This document shows, in pieces, positions 8,718 to 17,949 of a stretch of 64,000 nt of DNA (the first letter of the stretch is position 1; each line of letters starts with the position of its first letter). A program made the position numbers and the translations under genes. The DNA comes from Patescibacteria group bacterium (GTDB taxonomy: Bacteria > Patescibacteriota > Saccharimonadia > CAILAD01 > JADZBC01). The notes below the pieces were generated by a model, which worked only from the letters and a program-made list of their open reading frames with translations, searched no databases and was not told the origin of the DNA. The stretch is from NCBI GenBank assembly GCA_052034495.1, contig JBPOIL010000003.1, forward strand, positions 18,345 to 82,344. The letters are read 5' to 3'.

Positions 8718-10054
8718 CGCTCCTCCTTGCGCTTGTGTTTGAACACGATCTTGATTGGCGTGCCATCAAACTCTCCTGCTTCACGCAAGACGTTTTCCAG
8801 GTAGCGCGGGTAGGAAAACTGGATCATATCGGGGTGTGTTGCAAAGATCGTAAACTCAGGTGGTTTTGTGCCTGTTTGGGTAATATAATTGAGCTTAGGG
8901 TGGGTGTTTTTAAGTCCTACCGGTGGCTGTTTTGCAGTGGCTTGACTAAGGAGTTTGTTGAGCTTGGGTGTCGAGATCTGTGTGCTTGAGCTGGCATCAA
9001 TTTTTACAATAAGTTCGTAGAGCTTATCCAGGTTGAGGCCCGTTTCGGCAGAGGTAAATATGAGTGGCGCCCACCATACAAACTGGTACTGCGCACTAAT
9101 GTAGTTAGCCATGCGCTGCATGGTATTGTCTTCTTTGTCCTCGACTGCGTCCCATTTACTGACGACAAGTACAAGCCCTTTACCGGCTTCTTTTACCAGA
9201 CCGGCAATGTTTTGGTCTTGCGACACGCTGTTCTCATTGGCATCAATCAGAACCAGACAAACGTCCGCCCAAGCAATGGCCTTTTTGGTTCGTAAACTCG
9301 AAAAGAATTCGATGCCACGACCAATCTTACCGGCTCTACGTAAGCCTGCCGTATCGGCGAATACCAGCTCTTTGTCACCATGCGCTATGCTGCCGTAGTT
9401 AATGTCTCGCGTGGTGCCGCTAATGTCAGAAACCAGGGCCTTCGGCGTGCCAATGACTTTGTTGAGTAAACTTGATTTGCCTACGTTTGGTCGACCCAAG
9501 ATCGCTACCTTAATGGTATTCTCGTCCTGAGAAATGGTGCTTACATCGGCGGTCTCGAGTTTGCCCGTAATTGCATCGAGCAAGTCTCCGCTACCCTGCC
9601 CGCTGATTGCCGCGAGCGGCATAATGTCATTAATACCCAGGCGCTCGTAGTGATCAGCCAGGCCGCCGCGGTGCGTTTGGTCTACCTTGTTTACAGCCAG
9701 AATAGCTGGCTTCTGGCTCTTAAGGATCTCCTGGGCGACCTTCCGGTCATGCGCGTCAATTGGAACGGTGCCGTCTACGAGCATGACTACCACATCTGCT
9801 AATGCGATTGCTTCATCGATTTTGTCCTGCGCTCTACGTACGAGCTCGTCATCGCTCTTGGCGAGTCCGGCGCTATCAAGCAAGCGGAAGTGCCTGCCCT
9901 GCCACTCTACGTCGCCCTCTACGAGGTCGCGGGTAGTGCCGGCCAGGTCTGCTACGATAGCCTGATTGGTGTTTGTTAGTCGGTTGAACAACGTTGATTT
10001 ACCAACGTTTGGCTGGCCGATGATGAGTACGGTTGGTTGTTTGTCTTGTGTCAT
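8714..10054 (-). CDS. der: Ribosome-associated GTPase Der (EngA)
   Basis: 446 aa with two tandem GTPase domains (GQPNVGKSTLFN and GRPNVGKSSLLN) and a KH-like C-terminus. Confidence 0.9.
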   Translation of the reverse strand: MTQDKQPTVLIIGQPNVGKSTLFNRLTNTNQAIVADLAGTTRDLVEGDVEWQGRHFRLLDSAGLAKSDDELVRRAQDKIDEAIALADVVVMLVDGTVPIDAHDRKVAQEILKSQKPAILAVNKVDQTHRGGLADHYERLGINDIMPLAAISGQGSGDLLDAITGKLETADVSTISQDENTIKVAILGRPNVGKSSLLNKVIGTPKALVSDISGTTRDINYGSIAHGDKELVFADTAGLRRAGKIGRGIEFFSSLRTKKAIAWADVCLVLIDANENSVSQDQNIAGLVKEAGKGLVLVVSKWDAVEDKEDNTMQRMANYISAQYQFVWWAPLIFTSAETGLNLDKLYELIVKIDASSSTQISTPKLNKLLSQATAKQPPVGLKNTHPKLNYITQTGTKPPEFTIFATHPDMIQFSYPRYLENVLREAGEFDGTPIKIVFKHKRKEER

Positions 10055-10058
10055 GTGG

Positions 10059-10976
10059 TTATTCCCAGCGATATGTGGCGTAGGCAGTGTTTAGGAGCGT
10101 TCTGGTCTGGCCAAAACGATCATTGCTGCCGAGCATCACGCCTATTATCTCACGTCCGTCGCGTCGTGTCAGGCTTAGCAAGCATTGCCCAGCTTCTAGC
10201 GTGTAGCCAGTCTTGGTCCCAATCACGCCATTTCGGCCAAGCAATTGGTTAGTAGTGGCAAGATTATAGGTCTTTCCGGCGAGTGTTTTTACTGCCACTC
10301 TGGGCTGACTGGTGGCCTGGCGGAAGAAGTTGCTACGGAGCGCGATGGTAGCGAGGACTGTTAGATCCTGGGCAGTTGAATACGAACCTTGCTGACTAAG
10401 GCCGGTGGCATCGGTATAGCGCGTGTCTTTTAGGCCCCACTGAAGGGCTTGGTCGTTCATTTTATCTACAAAGGCCTGTTCGCTGCCGCTATCCCAAATA
10501 GCTAGCGCTACGGCCATGTCGTTAGCCGAGTATGTAAGCATGGCGGTCATAGCCTCTGAGAGGGTGAACTGCTCACCTGGCTGGACGTTCATGACCTGAC
10601 TGCCTGGGGGTTGCTGCGGCAGTGCGGGGATAGTTATCGTCTCGTCTAGACTGTGGTTCTGTAGTAATACCACGGCCGCCATGACCTTGGTGATTGATGC
10701 AATAGGCAGTCGGCTCGAAGTGTTCTTTTCGTAGAGTACCTTGGTGGAGTCAACGTCATAGAGCATGGCGGCTTTGTTGTCTTGCGACAGCGCAATTGTA
10801 CTATCTGCTACTGGTATCGCAGCGTAGGTGGCACCCAGGCTTTTTGTGCGTGGCGCCACGGTTTCTCTGGTCTCGGCAGCTCTTTGATTAACCGTGCTGT
10901 ACGCAGCATCAAGCGTTGCCGAAGCCGGCATTGCACCTTGTAAGGCGACTAGGAGCGCAGCGACGAGACTAAGCAT
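10059..10976 (-). CDS. D-alanyl-D-alanine carboxypeptidase (S11/PBP5-like serine peptidase), secreted
   Basis: Signal peptide MLSLVAALLVALQGAMPASA and the SxxK motif SITK. The ORF track's alternative start at 11030 would overlap the upstream gene by 62 nt, so the start at 10976 (8-nt overlap) is preferred. Confidence 0.7.
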   Translation of the reverse strand: MLSLVAALLVALQGAMPASATLDAAYSTVNQRAAETRETVAPRTKSLGATYAAIPVADSTIALSQDNKAAMLYDVDSTKVLYEKNTSSRLPIASITKVMAAVVLLQNHSLDETITIPALPQQPPGSQVMNVQPGEQFTLSEAMTAMLTYSANDMAVALAIWDSGSEQAFVDKMNDQALQWGLKDTRYTDATGLSQQGSYSTAQDLTVLATIALRSNFFRQATSQPRVAVKTLAGKTYNLATTNQLLGRNGVIGTKTGYTLEAGQCLLSLTRRDGREIIGVMLGSNDRFGQTRTLLNTAYATYRWE

Positions 10977-11661
10977 CCACAATCTCACTTGGCTTAATAA
11001 AGCGGTGAGCACCCGATTTGAGTACCCCAAGATCTAATCGGCCAATCTTGGTACGCTCAAGCATTTTTACTTTATACCCGAGGGCCTCAAACGTTCGGCG
11101 GATCTGTCGGTTGCGGCCTTCACTTAGAGTCACCCGGAGTAGTTGCGGCTTAATGCGCGATACGCTTTCGAACTTGCTTATCCCGTCATAGAGCTTGATT
11201 CCTTCGAGGAGTTTTGCTTGATCAGACTGCTGAATGGCCTTATCTACAAATACCATGTAAGTTTTTAGCTTACCTTGCGACGGGTGTGATATGGCTTGAA
11301 TAAACGCACCATCGGATGACAGCACCATGAGCCCTTGACTTTCTTTATCGAGTCGACCAGCGATTTTTAAGCCGGCAAAGCTAAGCGGCAGAAGATCAAA
11401 GATCGTCTTTTGGCGATCTGTTTGCGTCCGGTGTGTACACACATAGCCCACCGGCTTATTGAATGCCAAGTATACGTTCTCGCGCTTTTGCCCGGATCGG
11501 CCGAAGAGTGTAATGACGTCCTCGGCTCCCACCTGTGTTGCTAGCTTCGTGGTTACCGTACCATTAACACTTACTGCCCCTTGGGTAATCAGTTCGTCAG
11601 CCTTGCGCCTAGATGAAACCAGGCCTAGTTCTACAAGCTGTTTGTTGAGTCGAGTACTCAT
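10969..11661 (-). CDS. rRNA pseudouridine synthase (RsuA/RluB family) with an N-terminal S4 domain
   Basis: S4 motif LNKQLVELGLVSSRRKADELITQGAVSVNG and the catalytic GRLDKESQGLMVLSSDG. Confidence 0.8.
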   Translation of the reverse strand: MSTRLNKQLVELGLVSSRRKADELITQGAVSVNGTVTTKLATQVGAEDVITLFGRSGQKRENVYLAFNKPVGYVCTHRTQTDRQKTIFDLLPLSFAGLKIAGRLDKESQGLMVLSSDGAFIQAISHPSQGKLKTYMVFVDKAIQQSDQAKLLEGIKLYDGISKFESVSRIKPQLLRVTLSEGRNRQIRRTFEALGYKVKMLERTKIGRLDLGVLKSGAHRFIKPSEIVDA

Positions 11662-12143
11662 TGTTTGAGCTCCTTTAAATCTTTTACACCTGCTTGGAGC
11701 AGGAAGTCTTTGGTTGTTTCGTAGTAAGTTAGCTTAATTGGGTCATTTGGCTTGGTAATGCTACGCACAAGCCCAAGTGAGGCTAAGTTGCGAAGTGTTT
11801 GGTCGCTACTTACGCCGCGTATGTCATCGATATCTTGCTTGGTGCACGGTCCTGAATGGGCGACGATTGCTAGCACCTCAAGCATAGGCTGGCTTAATTG
11901 TTGTTTCTGTTCTGGCAGAAAGCCTTCTACCTCTGCGGAGACCGCGCTGTCCACCACTAGGGCGTAGACGTCCTTGTGCGAAAACACGGATACACCGCTA
12001 TCTTTGAGCCATGCCTCTAGTTTTGCTACTTCGGACTTGGTCGCCTCGCTATCTAGGTGCAGAAAGTCTGATAGCTCACTGAGCTTTACGCCGCTTGGCT
12101 GGGCGAATAATAGGGCGTGCAGTTTGGCCGTAGTTGGGTTCAT
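11658..12143 (-). CDS. scpB: Segregation and condensation protein B
   Basis: 161 aa; ScpB-type tandem winged-helix protein, 4-nt overlap with scpA. Confidence 0.8.
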   Translation of the reverse strand: MNPTTAKLHALLFAQPSGVKLSELSDFLHLDSEATKSEVAKLEAWLKDSGVSVFSHKDVYALVVDSAVSAEVEGFLPEQKQQLSQPMLEVLAIVAHSGPCTKQDIDDIRGVSSDQTLRNLASLGLVRSITKPNDPIKLTYYETTKDFLLQAGVKDLKELKQ

Positions 12144-12841
12144 GCGCTTGCCCCAGGGTAAATCATAAGTACCTTATCTGATGAATATTCAATTCGGGCA
12201 CGGTTAACTTTTGCTAGTTCTAAAATGGCTAAAAAGCTTAGTACCGCTTCGTGCTGGTTTTTACTCACCGCAATAAGCCGATCGAGCGAGAGTTGCCTGG
12301 CTTCTTGAAGTTGGTTAACGACCTGGCGCAGCACAGCGTCGAGCGACAACGGCTTTGTGCGGACGGTATGCCGTGCGGAGTTCTTCTGAGATTTGCGTTC
12401 ATTGACGTGTTCCCAGGCACTTCTGATCAAGCTTTTTGAAATGTCAAAGCCCTGTTTGCTACCGGCCCGCAGTTTAACACGTTTTGGCGGTCGGAGTAGG
12501 AATGGCGTGCGGGTGCGTTCTGCTAGTGCTGCAGCGAGGCCTCGATAATGCTGATAGCGCTCTAATCGACCTGCCAAGTCTTCTTCATTCGCATCTTCCT
12601 CTGCTGCCTGTGCTACCGGTAATACACGCCGACTTTTGGTCAGCAATAGCTGAGTCGCAATTGCAAGGAAGTGATTGACCTCATCTGGCTCCAGCTCTAT
12701 CGATCGAATATGCACAATGTAGCTTTGCGTGACTTGGCTTACTGCTACGTCGCGTATATCGAGCTTTTCACGCTCCACTAACTGGAGTAATAGATCGAGC
12801 GGCCCCTCGAAATTTTCTAGAAGTACCGTGTAATCTTGCAT
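12140..12841 (-). CDS. scpA: Segregation and condensation protein A
   Basis: 233 aa; ScpA/kleisin-like, directly upstream of and overlapping scpB. Confidence 0.8.
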   Translation of the reverse strand: MQDYTVLLENFEGPLDLLLQLVEREKLDIRDVAVSQVTQSYIVHIRSIELEPDEVNHFLAIATQLLLTKSRRVLPVAQAAEEDANEEDLAGRLERYQHYRGLAAALAERTRTPFLLRPPKRVKLRAGSKQGFDISKSLIRSAWEHVNERKSQKNSARHTVRTKPLSLDAVLRQVVNQLQEARQLSLDRLIAVSKNQHEAVLSFLAILELAKVNRARIEYSSDKVLMIYPGASA

Positions 12842-12858
12842 GTCCGCCCTACTCCAGC

Positions 12859-14259
12859 TTACGTTTTCTGTGGTCGTGATTGGATGCCTAGTTCACGCAG
12901 TTGTTCGGGGTTTGGTCCTGCCGGAGCCCCGAGCATCAAGTCTCGCATGTCTCCAGTCTTTGGGAAGGCAATAACATCTCGAATGGAAGATTCCTTCATC
13001 AGTACCATAATCAATCGGTCGAGTCCTGGAGCAAAACCTCCGTGTGGCGGAGCGCCGTAGGTAAAGGCTTTCATGAATGCACCAAAGCGCTCGTTCGTTT
13101 CGTCTTCACTCAGCCCCATCAGGCCAAAGACTTTGCGCTGCAATGCTGGGTCGTGGATACGCAGACTGCCAGATGAAATTTCGAAGCCATTGAGCACCAG
13201 GTCGTAGCAGTAAGCACGGACCTTGAGCCAGTCCTCAGGATTATCACTTTCAAGTAAGTGCAGGTCTTCATCTCGCGGGCGCGCAAATGGGTTATGGGCA
13301 AAGGTGATCTTGCCGGTGCTATCGCGTTCGAACATCGGGAAGTCAGTAATCCAAGCAAACGCTAGTTCGTCATCGTCTTTTTTGTCTTTGCGCAGGTCGG
13401 GCTTGTCGCTCTGGTACTTGGCCATTGCTTCGTCGTAAGTTAGGCGTTGGAAGCTTTCCGGAATCTTCTTGTCAGGCAACAGTTCGCTAATGACCTCGCG
13501 GAACATGTTCTCGTTTAGCTCCAGTATGTCCTCTTGGTCTACAAAGCTCATTTCCATATCTAGCTGGGTAAATTCTGGCTGGCGGTCTTGGCGTAAGTCT
13601 TCATCGCGGAAACATCGAGCAATTTGGTAGTAGCGCTCATAACCGGCAACCATGAGGAGCTGTTTAAACTGCTGCGGAGCTTGCGGCAGAGCATAAAAGT
13701 TCCCCTGGCTGAGTCGTGAGGGCACGATGAAGTCGCGAGCTCCTTCAGGGCTGCTTTTGGCTAGGATTGGTGTTTCAATTTCTATAAAGCCACGTGAATC
13801 CAGGTAGTCACGCAAAGCCTTTATAAAACGATGGCGGAATTTGATGTTGCGCTGCATGCGCTCGCTACGCAGGTCAAGATAGCGGTACTGCATACGGACT
13901 TCTTCGCCAGCCGGAGCATGTGTATCGTGGATCTCGAACGGCGGCGTTTGGGCTTGGTTGATTACCGTAATTTTGTCGGCACCGAGCTCTATTGTGCCTG
14001 TTGCCATATCGGGATTGACCATTCGTTCGGGGCGTTGCTTGACTAAGCCTTCGATCTGCACGACCGACTCGGGCTTAATGCGCTCGGCTAAGTCGCCGTC
14101 AGAGTCACTAAACTGGTATACGACTTGTACGGTCGCGCTAACATCGCGCACGTCCAAAAAGATAAGCTTACCGTGGTCACGGCGTACGCTTACCCAACCT
14201 TTAATAACAACTTGTTGATCAACCGAGTCGACCAACTCGGCAATTCGAGTTCGTTTCAT
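12859..14259 (-). CDS. aspS: Aspartate--tRNA ligase, short form without the GAD insertion domain
   Basis: Class II motif 2 CFRDEDLRQDRQPEFTQLDMEMSF is the bacterial AspRS signature. The product is 466 aa versus about 590 for canonical bacterial AspRS. Confidence 0.8.
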   Translation of the reverse strand: MKRTRIAELVDSVDQQVVIKGWVSVRRDHGKLIFLDVRDVSATVQVVYQFSDSDGDLAERIKPESVVQIEGLVKQRPERMVNPDMATGTIELGADKITVINQAQTPPFEIHDTHAPAGEEVRMQYRYLDLRSERMQRNIKFRHRFIKALRDYLDSRGFIEIETPILAKSSPEGARDFIVPSRLSQGNFYALPQAPQQFKQLLMVAGYERYYQIARCFRDEDLRQDRQPEFTQLDMEMSFVDQEDILELNENMFREVISELLPDKKIPESFQRLTYDEAMAKYQSDKPDLRKDKKDDDELAFAWITDFPMFERDSTGKITFAHNPFARPRDEDLHLLESDNPEDWLKVRAYCYDLVLNGFEISSGSLRIHDPALQRKVFGLMGLSEDETNERFGAFMKAFTYGAPPHGGFAPGLDRLIMVLMKESSIRDVIAFPKTGDMRDLMLGAPAGPNPEQLRELGIQSRPQKT

Positions 14260-14311
14260 GATCTTATTATACCAATCTTATCTTCTGCTGCCCAGCAGGC
14301 AGGGCTTGCTA

Positions 14312-14779
14312 CTATTGCGGAGGCGCTGGAGGCACGACACCTGGCTGTGGGGCTGGGGCTGGTTGACCCGGGCCACCTACAATTGGTTTGCCAGCCGGAG
14401 CATTACCGCCGCCGTGCGCCAAGACTTCAGCTATGGTGCCAACTACTTCTTCTAGGGTTACTTGGGACTTCACTAGGTATCTGTCTACGCCAAGCTTTTC
14501 GCCTCGAGCATGATCTTCTGGAGAGCTCAGAGCCGTCATCATAATCACCTTTACTGCAGCAGTTTCTGGTGTGGAGCGAATAATGTCGAGTACGTCAAAG
14601 CCAGATATGCGGGGCATCATTACGTCGAGCAATACGAGGTCTGGCATTTCCTTCACAGCCATAGCGAGCGCTTCCTCGCCATTAGCAGCGGTTACAATTG
14701 TGTAGGCCTCTGCTTGCAGGCGTGCTGAATAAACATCCCTAAGCGCTACGTCATCTTCTACCAGTAATATTTTAGCCAC
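14312..14779 (-). CDS. Single-domain response regulator (CheY-like receiver) with a Pro/Gly-rich C-terminal tail
   Basis: LLVEDD...LVLLDVMMP receiver signature; overlaps the histidine kinase stop by 8 nt. Confidence 0.8.
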   Translation of the reverse strand: MAKILLVEDDVALRDVYSARLQAEAYTIVTAANGEEALAMAVKEMPDLVLLDVMMPRISGFDVLDIIRSTPETAAVKVIMMTALSSPEDHARGEKLGVDRYLVKSQVTLEEVVGTIAEVLAHGGGNAPAGKPIVGGPGQPAPAPQPGVVPPAPPQ

Positions 14780-16499
14780 GTTCGTTTTCCCTCTCTATAG
14801 TGCTATTGTAGTCTGCTCTAGCTGGCGAGGCAAGCTTCTTATCCTTGGCTAGAGGCATGCTAAACGAAAACGTACTGCCTCTGCCCGGCGTGCTGCGGAC
14901 CTGCATCTTGCCGCCGTAGTGCTCTACCAGATTGCGACTAATGTAGAGGCCGAGGCCGGTGCCGCCAATTTCGCGCGTCATAGTACTGTTAACTCTGTAG
15001 AACTTCTCGAACAAATGGCGTTGGTCTTCTGGGCTAATGCCAATCCCGGTGTCAGTCACGTGTACCGTGACTTTGTCTTCGCCGGTTTCAAGCCTTACCT
15101 CAACCCCTCCGTGCATGGTGTACTTTAGGCCGTTATCAATCAGGTTGCTGAGCACTTCTTGGATTCGATCCCGATCGGCCTCTACCATGGCTAGTGGTGC
15201 CACCGTCTTTATTCCGACCAAGTTGCTCGCGGTATTGTAGGTTAGTTTTAATTTCTTTTGCTCGGCCATCATGCTCAAGTTGTCGACTGTTTCTTTGGTC
15301 AATTCACTCAAGCTGAAGTCAGTAATGTGGTCGTTAAGCCTACGATCTTCCAGCTTAGTCACGCTGAGCAAGTCACGGAATAGTTTGCCTAAATGCAGCG
15401 CTGCCTGATGGGCTTTTTCTATGTAGTCCTTGGCCCTTGAGTCTACTTGGGCAAGCTTTGGATTAGTGGCCATAGATAGATAGCCCTCCACGGCCGCTAC
15501 GGGTGTACGCATTTCGTGCGAGGCTGTGGATACAAATTCGTTACGCTCGCGCTGTAGGGCCTTCTGCTCGCTAATGTCATGCATGATGCCAATCGCGCCA
15601 TTTATGTTGCCGTTCCCGTCCATCGTTGGGGCTATAGCGATCGAAAACTCAATCTTCTGTTCATTGCCGTCGAGCATATAGTAGTCATTAACGCTCGTTT
15701 TCTTGTTGGCCTCAAAGGCCTTCAGGAACGGATCATTCTTACTGGTAACCTCTTTGTCTTTGCCATCTTTGAGTTGGAATACGTTGTTGTAGTAGATGCC
15801 AAGTGCGCTGTGTTTATCCCAGCCAGTGAGCTCTTCGGCGGCCTTGTTAAAGACTACAATTTGTAAGCTTTGGTTCACGCCTACGACGGCGTCGGCAATC
15901 TCTTCCATCATGAGCTCGGTCTTGTTCTGCTCACCTTCTAATTGTCCACTTAGGTTTTCGGCCTTTTCACGGTTACGGGTAACTTGTTCGGCTTGTTGCG
16001 CGATCACATAAGCCACCGACATAGCTAGCAGTGTCGCGACTAGCTCGGGCCAATCACCCACGTAGTTCTTGCCGCTGGCGAAGCTAATTCCGCCAAGGAG
16101 CAGATAGTAGGCTATGCCTACGCTGATCGTTATGTCTACCGCCATGATCCCCGATATACCACTCGCCATCATGAGTACGAGCCAGAACAAGTAGTAGCCA
16201 GATTCAATGCCGCCTTCTAGGTAGGCCATAATGAGAATACTGATGGCAAGCGGGGCTACCAGCAGGAGCAAGGCAATTTCTGGCTTCTTGTTGCTCATTT
16301 TTTTGAGGCCCAAGAGCGCGTACATGAGTCCCAAGATGTAGAGCGGGGCAATTACGAAGCTAATAATGAGCTGGTGATCTGGCAGGAGCCCAAAGGCGCT
16401 TCCAACGGCAATAGCCAACAATGCCCCCGCTTGAACACCGGCAGCTCCATAGCTCACCAAGCGTTCATATTTTGATAACGAATTTGTTATCTCTGCCAC
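14772..16499 (-). CDS. Sensor histidine kinase (multi-TM, PAS, HisKA, HATPase)
   Basis: H-box HEMRTPVAAVEGYLSM, PAS-like middle region and a G-box GGTGLGL. Confidence 0.8.
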   Translation of the reverse strand: MAEITNSLSKYERLVSYGAAGVQAGALLAIAVGSAFGLLPDHQLIISFVIAPLYILGLMYALLGLKKMSNKKPEIALLLLVAPLAISILIMAYLEGGIESGYYLFWLVLMMASGISGIMAVDITISVGIAYYLLLGGISFASGKNYVGDWPELVATLLAMSVAYVIAQQAEQVTRNREKAENLSGQLEGEQNKTELMMEEIADAVVGVNQSLQIVVFNKAAEELTGWDKHSALGIYYNNVFQLKDGKDKEVTSKNDPFLKAFEANKKTSVNDYYMLDGNEQKIEFSIAIAPTMDGNGNINGAIGIMHDISEQKALQRERNEFVSTASHEMRTPVAAVEGYLSMATNPKLAQVDSRAKDYIEKAHQAALHLGKLFRDLLSVTKLEDRRLNDHITDFSLSELTKETVDNLSMMAEQKKLKLTYNTASNLVGIKTVAPLAMVEADRDRIQEVLSNLIDNGLKYTMHGGVEVRLETGEDKVTVHVTDTGIGISPEDQRHLFEKFYRVNSTMTREIGGTGLGLYISRNLVEHYGGKMQVRSTPGRGSTFSFSMPLAKDKKLASPARADYNSTIERENERG

Positions 16500-16560
16500 C
16501 CAGGTTTCCTATCTACATAATTAACTCAATTATAGCATAAGCGTTTGAACTTAGGCCTGA

Positions 16561-17202
16561 CTAGGCATTGTGTTGTTCAATGGTGAAAACATGAGCTTGG
16601 TCGGCGTGAGATTCTGGTGAGAGCAGAAGTAGCTCGGAGTTGCCAAAGTGGAACTGCTGCAGGACTTGCTTCCAGTCGAGATTATAGTATGAAGCATATA
16701 TCATCTTTCCGAAGTCGCCGTGCGTTACGAGTAATATAGGGCCGTCATTATGCATGCTTTTAAGCTCAGCAAGGTACTTGTGTGCTCGATCGAGTAAGTC
16801 TGGAAAGGTTTCGGCTCCTTCGGGTTCCAGGAAGTATGTTATGAGTTCGGCTTTGAGTATTTTTGGAGCACAGAGCTCCTCTACTCTACTTGCCTCCACT
16901 CCGGTCATTATCCCGAAGTCTCGCTCTATAAGTAATGGCTCGACGACTGGTTTCGGACCATGAATAGCATCACAAATAATTTCAGCAGTTTGTTTGGCTC
17001 TAGAAAGTGGCGAGGTATAGATCCGGTCAAAGCTTAGCTTGGCGTTTTTTATCTCACCAGCAACTTCCTCGGCTTGCTCTACTCCCTTTTGGGTAAGAGG
17101 TTCGTCGCGGTGGCCATTCAGTATGCCATTGGCGTTATCTACGTTCTGCCCATGGCGGGCTATGTATATCTTTAGCATCCACTCATTATAGCAAAACCTC
17201 AA
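16561..17202 (-). CDS. Histidine phosphatase family protein (phosphoglycerate mutase-like)
   Basis: RHG motif IYIARHGQN...; the true start may be the internal M (MLKIYIARHG). Confidence 0.75.
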   Translation of the reverse strand: MRFCYNEWMLKIYIARHGQNVDNANGILNGHRDEPLTQKGVEQAEEVAGEIKNAKLSFDRIYTSPLSRAKQTAEIICDAIHGPKPVVEPLLIERDFGIMTGVEASRVEELCAPKILKAELITYFLEPEGAETFPDLLDRAHKYLAELKSMHNDGPILLVTHGDFGKMIYASYYNLDWKQVLQQFHFGNSELLLLSPESHADQAHVFTIEQHNA

Positions 17203-17300
17203 TAATGACTAAACGAAAGAAGCGACTCGCGAATCTTTCGATTCGTAAGTCGCCTTAGTCATATGGGGTGGAGCCGTTGTGCTCCACCCCGCCCTTCGCG

Positions 17301-17543
17301 CTAGTGAAACGCGGGACCCAGGTCTTCACCTGTGGCGTTGTCGATGATGTGCGGGGCAACGTTGGCCGTCCCGAACACCGCACCGCAGCAGTTGCAGCCG
17401 TAGGCGGCTGGGGAGTCGTCCCAAAGGTCCTTGCCTCCGCATCGCTTGCATCGACCGGTGAAGTCCCCAACAGGCTCTCCTGCGGGGTTGTGTAGCTCCA
17501 TCAACCGAGCAAGCTCTCCATCATCCATGATCGGGTCACTCAC
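17301..17543 (-). CDS. High-GC islet gene: 80-aa zinc-ribbon protein (C-x2-C...C-x-CC)
   Basis: GTG start at 17541-17543 preceded by GGAGGTGCAAA; motif GRCKRCGGKDLWDDSPAAYGCNCCG; high GC3. Confidence 0.45.
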   Translation of the reverse strand: MSDPIMDDGELARLMELHNPAGEPVGDFTGRCKRCGGKDLWDDSPAAYGCNCCGAVFGTANVAPHIIDNATGEDLGPAFH

Positions 17544-17570
17544 TTTGCACCTCCGTGCTTGTTCGAATGC

Positions 17571-17834
17571 CTAGGCCCACTCTTCGAAGTCTGCCAGACT
17601 GCGAATCGGCGTCGCGTCTGTCGTCAGGCTTGCCTCCCGAAAGCCGAGGCCGCTGTATGCCCCGACCAGGTAGAACTCGTCCGAATCATCGTCGTGCACC
17701 AGCAGGATGCCGTCGACGGTGATTGCCGTCTGCGAGCAGAGCTGAAAAGCTTGGCTTGCCCTCTCTCCAAAGAGGCTTGCAGCCTTCTCGGTTGTCGCAC
17801 GAAGGTCATCTTGGCTTACTCTTGGGTACTTCAC
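17571..17834 (-). CDS. High-GC islet gene: 87-aa hypothetical protein
   Basis: GTG start at 17832-17834 preceded by GGGAGGGGCAAA, the same RBS-caaa-GTG arrangement as the downstream zinc-ribbon gene. The ORF track's ATG at 17879 lies in low-GC flanking DNA without an RBS. Confidence 0.4.
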   Translation of the reverse strand: MKYPRVSQDDLRATTEKAASLFGERASQAFQLCSQTAITVDGILLVHDDDSDEFYLVGAYSGLGFREASLTTDATPIRSLADFEEWA

Positions 17835-17949
17835 TTTGCCCCTCCCGGGCTCGTTGAATGGAACGACAATATTATGCATTGTTATATTCTATAAGTCAAT
17901 AGCCAACTCTACCCTGTCCCCAGGCACGAAACTAGGCTATACTAAGGTG

